DNA of 64,000 nucleotides, taken from assembly GCA_947165945.1 (NCBI GenBank), contig CAMVCF010000002.1:1057-65056 (forward strand), in the 5' to 3' direction. The stretch comes from an uncultured Clostridia bacterium (GTDB taxonomy: Bacteria > Bacillota_I > Bacilli_A > RF39 > UBA660). Numbering within the stretch: position 1 is the stretch's first letter; each line of letters begins with the position of its first letter. A program made the position numbers and the translations under genes. The notes under the pieces are model-generated. The model did no database searches and was not told the origin of the DNA. It saw nothing but the letters and a program-made list of their open reading frames with translations. This document shows positions 50,364 to 58,865 of the stretch, piece by piece.

Positions 50364-53054
50364 ATGAAAATATTGTATATTTCGTCTGGGCCATCCAAAA
50401 AAGAATATAAATATATTCAAAGTATGGTTAAAGATGACGATTTGAATAGTAGTTACGGAATGCCAGAAGCTAGTTATAAATTTCATAAATTAATTAGAGA
50501 AGGATTAATAGAAAATGATTGTATAATCGAATCTTTAGTTGGTAGATCTGTATCTTATAAAACTCATTCTGGTTTAATTTGGAAAAAACATAAAAGTTTA
50601 GAAAATAAAATTTTATATAGGCATTTGTTTTTTATAAATTTACCAATTATTAAACAATTATGTATATGCATAGAAATGTTTTTTTCAATACTTTTTTGGT
50701 TGCTTAAAAATAGAAAAGAGAAAAAAGCAATTATTATAGATGGTTCATATGTAACAGTTTTACCAGTATTGAATTTAGTAACTTTGTTTTCGAATACTAA
50801 TAAAATAGCAATTATATGTGATGTATATAATTATATGGCAGATGTTAAAGATGCTAATGTAAAAACAAATCTTCGCAATATGATTATGAATAAAATAATG
50901 AAATATCAGTATCGACAAATAGATGGTTTTGTTTTTTTAACAAAGGAAATGAGCAAAATACCTGCGTTTAAAGATAAACCATTTGTTGTAGTAGAAGGAA
51001 TTGTAGACAAGGAAATTAGTGAAAAAACAAAGTTTGATAATTATATAATGTATGCTGGTGCCTTGAGAAGTGAATATGGAGTAGAGAGATTAATCAAAGC
51101 ATTTACATCGTTAGAAAATAATGATTTTGAATTGCTATTATTTGGAAACGGCAATTATGTATCAGAGATAAAAAAAATAGCATCATTAAACAAAAAAATT
51201 AAATACATGGGAAAAAAATCTCTAGAAGAAGTATATGAATATGAAAAAAATGCAACTTTGTTAGTAAATCCACGTTTTGTAAAAGATGAATATACTAAAT
51301 ATTCATTTCCATCTAAAAATTTAGAATATATGCTATCAGGTACTCCTCTTTTAACTGGTTCATTACCAGGAATGCCTGAAGAATACTATGATTACGTTTA
51401 TTTAATTGAAGATGATTCTGTTGATTCATTAAAATCTGCATTAAAAAATATTTTAAAAAAACCACTTCAAGAGTTAAAGAAAAATGGACGGAAAGCTCAA
51501 AAATTTATTTCTACTTGTAAAAATAAATATGTGCAAACAAAAAAAATAATCGAATTAGATAAAAATATATCACACATGAAAAATACTAAAAAAAATGTAC
51601 ACACAATATTCAATTTTAATGGAATCAATAAGTATATTCCAATAATTCTAAGTGGTGGGTTCTTTTTATGTACCATTCTATTATTTATTTTTGGTCCATA
51701 TGATTGGCATATTAATAATGCTAATGAAGTGTATTCTTTTTTAATAGCATCATTTGTTTTTTTGATTTTTGGCTATTGCCTTGCAATTAAATTTTCAAAA
51801 ATTTATTCAGTAAGCAAATATTATGATATAAATAAAATATTATCAGTATGTATTGTTATATATATACTTATATATATTCCAACAGTTTATATAAGAACTG
51901 GTAAATTGTATCCAGATATTATAACAGGTATATTTAATAGTGGATATGCTTATAGTATTGCGCATAGTTCCAATAGTACATTAATTGAATATCTAAGAAT
52001 TATCTTTTCTCCGTTTATTGTAATAGTAACCCCTTTGTGTTTTTTATATTTTAAAAATTTAAGCAAAGTTAATAAAATACTTGGAATTATTTGTACACTT
52101 TTAACATTGTTTTTAGGAATATCATGTGGTATAAGTAAACAATTTGCTGATTTTGTTATTCAAGTATTTATCTTTTCAAGTTTATTATTTTTTTCTAATA
52201 ATTTTAAATCAGCAAAGAAAAAATTATTTTTAGTATTGTTTTTAATCTTGGTATCTGTTTCTTTTATATTATATTATAAAACTATAATGACTAATAGAAT
52301 AAGTACCGATATTGATGCGAACAATAAAATTAATAATTCAGAAATTGTTTTAAGTGAAGAACAAAAAAATAATCATATAAATGATAACAATATAAATAAT
52401 AGTAGTTTAGAAATTATAGACAACAAAAAATCTTTAGCAGTAGAAGAAAATTTAAATTCAGAAAAAATTGAGAATACAATGAAATCATATTCGACATTTG
52501 GATATGCAAATTTACGAAAAAATAATTTTATCATAGATTTATTGCCATCAAAATTAAAAACAGCAACTTTATACTTAATAAGTTATATCACTCATGGATA
52601 CAAGGGATTATCATTTGCAATGAGTAAAGATTTTACTTCGGCATATGGTTTAGGTTTTTCAGAATTTGCAAGACACAATGTTTCTAGGTTATTTGGAAAA
52701 GATTTTGAAGAAAAAATATATAAAAGAACTTATATGAGTAAAATTGAGGAAAATGGATGGTATACATTAGATGTTTGGTCGTCATTTTTCGTTTATCCTG
52801 CTTCTGATATTGGGTTTATTTTAACAGTTGTTTTGATGCTATTTATAGGTTTTGCATTCGGATACTCATGGAAAGACACTTTAATTACTGGAAACATGTA
52901 TTCTGCTATTTGTTCTTATAACTTTATTATAATGGTATTTTATTTATCTGCTAATAACCAATTATTTCAGACAGGAGAATCTTTTGTTTCTAGTTTCATA
53001 TTTTTTGTAATATATATATTTCAAATTTTAAATAGGAGGTTGAGTTTAAAATGA
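50364..53054 (+). CDS. Fusion protein: N-terminal GT4-type glycosyltransferase (~400 aa) plus a C-terminal ~490-aa polytopic membrane domain (polymerase/Wzy-like candidate)
   Basis: The GT-B motif is YAGALRSEYGV..LLVNPR....YTKYSFPSKNLEYMLSGTPLL. At least 10 predicted TM helices follow, interrupted by an Asn-rich loop (NNKINNSEIV..NNHINDNNINNSS). Confidence 0.6.
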   Translation: MKILYISSGPSKKEYKYIQSMVKDDDLNSSYGMPEASYKFHKLIREGLIENDCIIESLVGRSVSYKTHSGLIWKKHKSLENKILYRHLFFINLPIIKQLCICIEMFFSILFWLLKNRKEKKAIIIDGSYVTVLPVLNLVTLFSNTNKIAIICDVYNYMADVKDANVKTNLRNMIMNKIMKYQYRQIDGFVFLTKEMSKIPAFKDKPFVVVEGIVDKEISEKTKFDNYIMYAGALRSEYGVERLIKAFTSLENNDFELLLFGNGNYVSEIKKIASLNKKIKYMGKKSLEEVYEYEKNATLLVNPRFVKDEYTKYSFPSKNLEYMLSGTPLLTGSLPGMPEEYYDYVYLIEDDSVDSLKSALKNILKKPLQELKKNGRKAQKFISTCKNKYVQTKKIIELDKNISHMKNTKKNVHTIFNFNGINKYIPIILSGGFFLCTILLFIFGPYDWHINNANEVYSFLIASFVFLIFGYCLAIKFSKIYSVSKYYDINKILSVCIVIYILIYIPTVYIRTGKLYPDIITGIFNSGYAYSIAHSSNSTLIEYLRIIFSPFIVIVTPLCFLYFKNLSKVNKILGIICTLLTLFLGISCGISKQFADFVIQVFIFSSLLFFSNNFKSAKKKLFLVLFLILVSVSFILYYKTIMTNRISTDIDANNKINNSEIVLSEEQKNNHINDNNINNSSLEIIDNKKSLAVEENLNSEKIENTMKSYSTFGYANLRKNNFIIDLLPSKLKTATLYLISYITHGYKGLSFAMSKDFTSAYGLGFSEFARHNVSRLFGKDFEEKIYKRTYMSKIEENGWYTLDVWSSFFVYPASDIGFILTVVLMLFIGFAFGYSWKDTLITGNMYSAICSYNFIIMVFYLSANNQLFQTGESFVSSFIFFVIYIFQILNRRLSLK

Positions 53055-54562
53055 TAAAAACCTCAATATTATTAATGATATGTGTATTATTTAGTAAAAT
53101 ATTTGGTTTTTTAAGGGAAATTATCATTGCTTCTTATTATGGAACGTCTTTAAAAACTGATGCCTTTTTTGTAGCTCAAAATATCCCAACTATTGCATTT
53201 GCAGCGGTTGGGGCTGCTATATCTGTTGCAGTTATCCCAATATATACTAAATTACTTAAAAAGGATAAAAAAGAAGCTTCTTATTTTATTAATAATTTAA
53301 TAACAATATCATTTTTAATAACAACTCTTTTAATGATAATATGCGTAATTTATGCGAAAAATATTGTGTTATTAGTAGCTCCATCACTTTCAAATGATGG
53401 TATAAAACTAGCATCTAAGATGTTAGTAATATTATCGGTTACAATTTATTTTACTATGTTTAGTTACGTATTAGGTGGAATGTTAAATTCTCATAACAAA
53501 TTCTATATTCCTCAACTCGCAGCTATACCATATAATATCATTTCAGTTTTGTCAGTAATACTTTTTTCTAAAAAAATTGATATATGGGCGCTTGTCATTG
53601 GAACAATAGTAGGAATGTTTGTGCAAACAATTGTTCATATACTATCTGTACATAAATTTAATAAATATAAATTTATAATTGATTTCAAAGAAAAAAATTT
53701 AAAAAAATTATTGGTTCTTTCTTGGCCAATGGTTATAACTGTTTTATTTCAACAATTGAATTTAGTTGTTGATAAAAACTTAGCTTCATCATTTTCGGTT
53801 GGATCAATTTCAGCCATTAATTATTCAAATAGAATTATTGGCATTATATATGGTATTTTTAGTGTTTCTTTAATGACTGTTTTATATGCTAGATTTAATG
53901 AATTAATTATTGAGAAAAAGAAAGAGGTAGTTTTAAATTTATTAGTAAAAAGTTTAAATATAGTTTTGTTAGTTATTTTACCATTTATTATGTTATCTAC
54001 TGTATTTGACTCTGAAATAATTAATGCTATTTTTGGAAGAGGTGAATTTGATGCAAATTCGGTTGCTATAACAAGTAATGTATATTTATACTATTCATTT
54101 TCAATGTTTTCTATGGCTGCAAATGATATAATACTTAGATGTTATTATTCATTGGATGATTCAAAAACTCCCATGTTTATAACGGTTCTATGTGTAATAG
54201 TTAATATTATTTTGAGTGTTGTTTTATCTAAAAAATTAGGATTAAAAGGTATAGCAATAGGTACATCAATTGCGATGATTATTCAAACAATTTTGTTGTT
54301 TGTTATATTAAAGAAAAAAGAAAAATATAAATTTGAAAAAGTTTTTTATGTAGATTTTCTAAAAATTTTATTATCAAATATAATAATTTTAATTATATTA
54401 AAGTTATTATATTCATACTTAAATATTGATATTATTATTTTAAAGTTATTATTAGCAATATTTATTTGTATACCTATTTATCTTTTAATTCTATTTATAT
54501 TTAATATATCAATAAAAGAAGAATTAACAAAATTTATAAATAATAAGGAATTCTTTTCGTAA
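53051..54562 (+). CDS. murJ: MurJ/MviN-family lipid-linked oligosaccharide (lipid II) flippase
   Basis: 503 aa with the N-terminal signature FSKIFGFLREIIIASYYGTSLKTDAFFVAQNIP and 14 TM-like segments. RBS AGGAGG. Confidence 0.8.
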   Translation: MIKTSILLMICVLFSKIFGFLREIIIASYYGTSLKTDAFFVAQNIPTIAFAAVGAAISVAVIPIYTKLLKKDKKEASYFINNLITISFLITTLLMIICVIYAKNIVLLVAPSLSNDGIKLASKMLVILSVTIYFTMFSYVLGGMLNSHNKFYIPQLAAIPYNIISVLSVILFSKKIDIWALVIGTIVGMFVQTIVHILSVHKFNKYKFIIDFKEKNLKKLLVLSWPMVITVLFQQLNLVVDKNLASSFSVGSISAINYSNRIIGIIYGIFSVSLMTVLYARFNELIIEKKKEVVLNLLVKSLNIVLLVILPFIMLSTVFDSEIINAIFGRGEFDANSVAITSNVYLYYSFSMFSMAANDIILRCYYSLDDSKTPMFITVLCVIVNIILSVVLSKKLGLKGIAIGTSIAMIIQTILLFVILKKKEKYKFEKVFYVDFLKILLSNIIILIILKLLYSYLNIDIIILKLLLAIFICIPIYLLILFIFNISIKEELTKFINNKEFFS

Positions 54563-54646
54563 ATAGTATTTTTTGAAAAAAATAAAAAAATATAACTTGA
54601 GAATTTTTAAGAATTTGTTTATAATATTATTAAGGTAGGAGTAGTT

Positions 54647-55840
54647 ATGAATAATATGTATAATGATTATAAAGATTTAAATGAAAATAAAGAATTAAAA
54701 AGCAATATTGGTAACTTTAAGCCAATAAAAGCTAAAAAGAATAATGAAAAAAATGGCGATTTAAAAAAAATTAGTTTTCAAAATAATAAAAATTTGATTT
54801 TATCCATTATAATGATAGTTGTTTTAGTATTAATAATTGCAGGTTATTTTCTATTTTTTAATAACAAAAATAATGATACTGAGAGTAACATTGAAAAAAA
54901 TAATTCTTCTAGTCAAATAGAATCTAACACAACAGAAAATACTAAAAATGTCCAAATAATAAATGTTGAAAGTAAAACAAGACCATATGCTATTATGATA
55001 AATTGTCATAATGCAGCTCTTCCTCAATCAGGTGTTAATAATGCTTATATTGTATATGAACTTATGGTTGAAGGTGGAATTACGAGAATGATGGCTTTAT
55101 TTAAAGATAAGGATTTTGATAAGGTAGGATCTGTAAGAAGTGCTAGAACACAGTACTTAGACTATGTTTATGAAAATGATGCCATTTATGTTCATGCAGG
55201 TGGCGCACAAGATGCTTTAAATAGAATAAAAGATGAAAAAATAAATGATATTGATGTTGATGGAGTATATGGTGTTCGTGATAGAACTTTAAATCGTGCT
55301 TGGGAACATACATTATTTACAAATACTTCGTTATTAAGTCAAGGACTATCAGATAAAAAATATCGTACAACAACTGAAATTAAAAATATTTTAACTTATA
55401 GTGCTGATCCAATTAATTTAGATAAATTTACAACCAAATTAAATGCTAATAATATAAGCATAAAATATTCTGATTATAGAACATCAAATTATGTTTATGA
55501 TTCATCTAAACAAATGTATTTAAGATCTATGAATAATACTCCTAATATTGATTTAGTGACTAATGAGCAATATGCTGTTAAAAATATTATAGTTTATGGA
55601 GTAAAATATTCAAATTATACATATAGTGGTTATAGTGCCTATCAAAAAATAGATAATATTGGTCAGGGTGATGGTTATTATATAACAAATGGATATGCTA
55701 TTCCAATTACTTGGGAAAAATCTAGTAAGAATGGCCAAACAATTTATAAATATAAGGAAAGTGGCGAAGGACTTGTTGTAAATGATGGTAATACTTATAT
55801 ACAAATTTATCCAACAAGTGGTAATTTATCAATTAATTAA
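54647..55840 (+). CDS. DUF3048 (YerB-like) secreted or anchored protein
   Basis: An N-terminal TM is followed by the core RPYAIMINCHNAALPQSGVNNAYIVYELMVEGGITRMMALF, typical of DUF3048. Confidence 0.6.
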   Translation: MNNMYNDYKDLNENKELKSNIGNFKPIKAKKNNEKNGDLKKISFQNNKNLILSIIMIVVLVLIIAGYFLFFNNKNNDTESNIEKNNSSSQIESNTTENTKNVQIINVESKTRPYAIMINCHNAALPQSGVNNAYIVYELMVEGGITRMMALFKDKDFDKVGSVRSARTQYLDYVYENDAIYVHAGGAQDALNRIKDEKINDIDVDGVYGVRDRTLNRAWEHTLFTNTSLLSQGLSDKKYRTTTEIKNILTYSADPINLDKFTTKLNANNISIKYSDYRTSNYVYDSSKQMYLRSMNNTPNIDLVTNEQYAVKNIIVYGVKYSNYTYSGYSAYQKIDNIGQGDGYYITNGYAIPITWEKSSKNGQTIYKYKESGEGLVVNDGNTYIQIYPTSGNLSIN

Positions 55841-55862
55841 TGATAACGATAGTTTTAAATTA

Positions 55863-55895
55863 AACAAGAAGTTTTGAACATCTTGTTTTTTTTTT
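55863..55895 (+). terminator. Rho-independent terminator
   Basis: Stem aacaaga (55863-55869) pairs with tcttgtt (55881-55887), followed by T9. Confidence 0.7.
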
Positions 55896-55943
55896 ATATG
55901 TATGATAATATTTGTTTGTATACAAATTAATAAAGGAGGAAAA

Positions 55944-56483
55944 ATGAGTATATATGATTTAAAAGTTGAAAAAAGAGATGGAAGCAGTTTTTCTTTAGAT
56001 AATTACAAAGGAAAAATAATCTTAATTGTAAATACAGCAACAGGATGTGGATTTACTCCACAATATGAAGGACTTGAGTATCTTTATAAAAAGTATCATG
56101 ATAAAGGATTTGAAATACTAGATTTTCCATGTGATCAATTTGGACATCAAGCTCCAGGAAGTGATGATGAAATACATGAGTTTTGTCAAGCTAAATATAA
56201 AACAAGTTTTGATCAATTTAAAAAAATTAATGTAAATGGTGATTTAGAAGATCCATTATTTACATATATAAAAAAAGAACAACCTAATGAAGAAGTGCAT
56301 GGATTTAAAAATAAGATGTCTATGAAAGCTATTAAAAAAATTAGTTCAACATGTAAAAAAGATTCAGATATATCTTGGAACTTTACCAAGTTTTTAGTTG
56401 ATCGAAATGGTATTGTTGTTAAACGATATGATCCAACCTTCGAGCCAAAAAATATAGAAGAAGATATAAAAAAATATTTATAG
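55944..56483 (+). CDS. gpx: Glutathione peroxidase-family thiol peroxidase (Cys type)
   Basis: LIVNTATGCGFTPQY, FPCDQFGHQ and WNFTKFLVDR. RBS AAGGAGGA lies before ATG 55944. Confidence 0.9.
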   Translation: MSIYDLKVEKRDGSSFSLDNYKGKIILIVNTATGCGFTPQYEGLEYLYKKYHDKGFEILDFPCDQFGHQAPGSDDEIHEFCQAKYKTSFDQFKKINVNGDLEDPLFTYIKKEQPNEEVHGFKNKMSMKAIKKISSTCKKDSDISWNFTKFLVDRNGIVVKRYDPTFEPKNIEEDIKKYL

Positions 56484-56490
56484 GAATTAT

Positions 56491-56937
56491 ATGAGGTGTG
56501 AAGTATTGAAATTAAAAAATCAACTTTGTTTTCCAATTTATCTTGCATCAAAAGAGATTATAAAGCGATATACACCAATACTTAAAGAGATTAATTTAAC
56601 ATATACTCAGTATATTGTAATGATGTATTTTTGGGAGATAGGAACGTCAAATTTAAAAGAAATATCAAAAGCTTTATTACTAGATTCAAGTACTCTTACT
56701 CCACTTATTAAAAAATTAGAACAAAAAGGATATATTAAAAGAACTAGAAATAAGAACGACGAAAGAAATTTAAATCTTGTTTTAACAAAAACTGGAGAAA
56801 AATTAAGGGATAAAGCTTTAAATGTTCCAAATAAAATGAAAGAATGTATTAATTTAACTGATGATGAATCGATAACTTTATATTCATTAATATATAAAGT
56901 GTTAAAAAATGTAGAGGAGGATATAAAAAATGATTAA
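56491..56937 (+). CDS. ohrR: MarR-family regulator, OhrR-like (conserved N-terminal redox Cys)
   Basis: NQLCFPIYLASKEI...L.E.NLTYTQYIVMMYFWE matches the OhrR pattern. The start is uncertain (ATG 56491 or TTG 56506 after GAGGTG). Confidence 0.65.
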   Translation: MRCEVLKLKNQLCFPIYLASKEIIKRYTPILKEINLTYTQYIVMMYFWEIGTSNLKEISKALLLDSSTLTPLIKKLEQKGYIKRTRNKNDERNLNLVLTKTGEKLRDKALNVPNKMKECINLTDDESITLYSLIYKVLKNVEEDIKND

Positions 56938-57232
56938 AGAAATTACAGAAAATGAATTTGAAAAAGAAGTTTTAAACGGAGAAAGGGTAGTTGTAGATTT
57001 TTATGCAAATTGGTGTGGACCATGTAAAATGTTAAGACCAATTTTAGATGAAATAGCAGCTTTAGAAAAAATTAAAATTGTATCAATTGATGTTGATAGT
57101 GCAGATGAACTTGCATCAAAATACGGAATTATTTCAATTCCCTGTGTTATTCTTTTTGAAAATGGAAAAGAACTTACAAGAAGTGTTGGTCTAAAATCTC
57201 TGGAAGAATTAGAAAGTTTATTTGGGTTATAG
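56930..57232 (+). CDS. trxA: Thioredoxin
   Basis: 100 aa with the WCGPCK active site. Confidence 0.9.
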   Translation: MIKEITENEFEKEVLNGERVVVDFYANWCGPCKMLRPILDEIAALEKIKIVSIDVDSADELASKYGIISIPCVILFENGKELTRSVGLKSLEELESLFGL

Positions 57233-57233
57233 A

Positions 57234-58142
57234 ATGTATGATATTATTATAGTTGGAGCAGGTCCAGCCGGTCTTACAGCTGCAATTTATGCAAGACGTG
57301 CTATGAAAAAAGTTTTAGTTCTTGAAGCATTAAATTATGGTGGCCAAATTATTAATACCTTAGAAATTGAAAATTATCCTGTTACTCCTCATATTTCGGG
57401 TTTTGATTTTGCAACAAAACTTTATAATCAAGTAAAAGAACTTGGTACTGAAATTAAATTTGAAAAAGTAGTAGAATTAAAAGATAATAAAGAAATTAAA
57501 GATGTTGTTACAACAAAAAATATTTATAAGGCACGAAGTGTTATTCTTGCAACCGGATCTGTAAATAGAAAATTAGGCCTTTCTAATGAAGACAAGCTAA
57601 TTGGTCATGGAGTATCATATTGTGCTACATGTGATGGAGCATTTTTTAAATCGCGTGAAGTTGCGGTCGTAGGTGGTGGTAATACTGCTATACAAGATGC
57701 CCTTTATTTAACAAATATTTGCAAAAAGGTTTATTTAATTCATAGAAAAGAAGAATTAACCGGTGAAGAAATTAATATATCATTATTAAAAGAAAAGAGT
57801 AATTTTGAATTTATTAATAATAGTAATGTTACAAAACTAAATGGTACAGATAAACTTGAAAGTATTGAAGTAACAAGTAATAATAACAAAAGAACAATAC
57901 CTGTTGAAGGAATATTTGTTGCTATTGGGCGAATTCCTGCAACTGAAAACTTTAAAAACTTAATAAATGTAGATTCAAATGGATATATTGATTCCGATGA
58001 AATGTGCAACACCAATGTAGATGGAATATTTGTTGCAGGTGATAATCGAAAAAAGTCGTTAAGACAATTAGTAACTGCAACAAGTGATGGAGCAATTAGC
58101 GCAAGTGAAGCTATTAAATATATTAATTCTTTAAAAAAATAA
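57234..58142 (+). CDS. trxB: Thioredoxin-disulfide reductase
   Basis: YDIIIVGAGPAGLTAAIYA, the redox centre CATCDG and GGGNTA. The alternative TTG start is at 57222. Confidence 0.9.
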   Translation: MYDIIIVGAGPAGLTAAIYARRAMKKVLVLEALNYGGQIINTLEIENYPVTPHISGFDFATKLYNQVKELGTEIKFEKVVELKDNKEIKDVVTTKNIYKARSVILATGSVNRKLGLSNEDKLIGHGVSYCATCDGAFFKSREVAVVGGGNTAIQDALYLTNICKKVYLIHRKEELTGEEINISLLKEKSNFEFINNSNVTKLNGTDKLESIEVTSNNNKRTIPVEGIFVAIGRIPATENFKNLINVDSNGYIDSDEMCNTNVDGIFVAGDNRKKSLRQLVTATSDGAISASEAIKYINSLKK

Positions 58143-58146
58143 CTAG

Positions 58147-58704
58147 TTAAATATTTTTGCGAATTAAAGAAACGACTTTACCTAAAATACAATTAGTATT
58201 TTCTAAAATAATTAGATCTTTATCGTTTATAAGATGGTTAAATCCATCTTTTTTTACATATTTATAAATTCCATATGAATTACAATAATTGACTAAGACA
58301 AATTTGTTATTTAAATAAGAGTTATCTTTATCAATAATTAATATGTCTTTATAAAAAATACCACTATTTTTTAAATAATTATTTTTAATTTGAAAAGCTA
58401 CATATTTTTTTTCTTGATTAAGGTAGTTTTCTATCTTTAAGACTTTTTTTTCATCTATAAATGGAATTGATAGTATGTCTTTTATTAAAGTAGAGTCTTT
58501 TAAAAATGTAATTTTTTTATCATCTTTTGAAAATATTAAATATCCTTTTTCTTCTAATTTGGTTAAATATTGATAAATTGTATTATAAGATTTAGCCATG
58601 GTTTGTTTTTTTATTTCATTTAGAGTAGGTAAATGATTATTATTCTTTGTTAATTCAAATAATAAATTATAAAAGTATTCTTGCTTTTGACTTAGTTTAT
58701 TCAT
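58147..58704 (-). CDS. LexA-like repressor paralogue (winged-helix N-terminus plus an S24-like C-terminal domain lacking the catalytic Ser)
   Basis: N-terminus LSQKQEYFYNLL....NNHLPTLNEIKKQT..KSYNTIYQYLTKLEEKGYL (LexA_DNA_bind-like). The C-terminal alignment to LexA puts NNYL where GDSM is expected. The Lys is kept (IYKYV versus TVKRF). No Ala-Gly cleavage site is seen. RBS AGGAG lies before ATG 58704. Confidence 0.55.
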   Translation of the reverse strand: MNKLSQKQEYFYNLLFELTKNNNHLPTLNEIKKQTMAKSYNTIYQYLTKLEEKGYLIFSKDDKKITFLKDSTLIKDILSIPFIDEKKVLKIENYLNQEKKYVAFQIKNNYLKNSGIFYKDILIIDKDNSYLNNKFVLVNYCNSYGIYKYVKKDGFNHLINDKDLIILENTNCILGKVVSLIRKNI

Positions 58705-58743
58705 AAGATCTCCTTTTTTTAGTATTGTATCACAAAAAAGTGG

Positions 58744-58764
58744 AATATGAAGATATTTCATATT
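58744..58764. promoter_or_regulatory. Perfect 8-bp inverted repeat AATATGAA-N5-TTCATATT in the divergent promoter region (candidate operator)
   Basis: Arms at 58744-58751 and 58757-58764, 40 nt upstream of the LexA-like start and about 100 nt upstream of the ABC exporter gene. Confidence 0.4.
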
Positions 58765-58865
58765 TCATTGTTTGCAAAATCTTTTAAAATATATGAAAAA
58801 ATATTTTTTAATTTTTTGTTTTATACCAAAAAAATCTTTTATATTATAATTGGAGGTTTTAGTTG

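Noticed and set aside
58705-58865. A canonical Gram-positive SOS (Cheo) box, GAAC-N4-GTTC, in the LexA-like/bacteriocin intergenic region
   Set aside because: No such sequence is present. Only the AATATGAA-N5-TTCATATT repeat was found.
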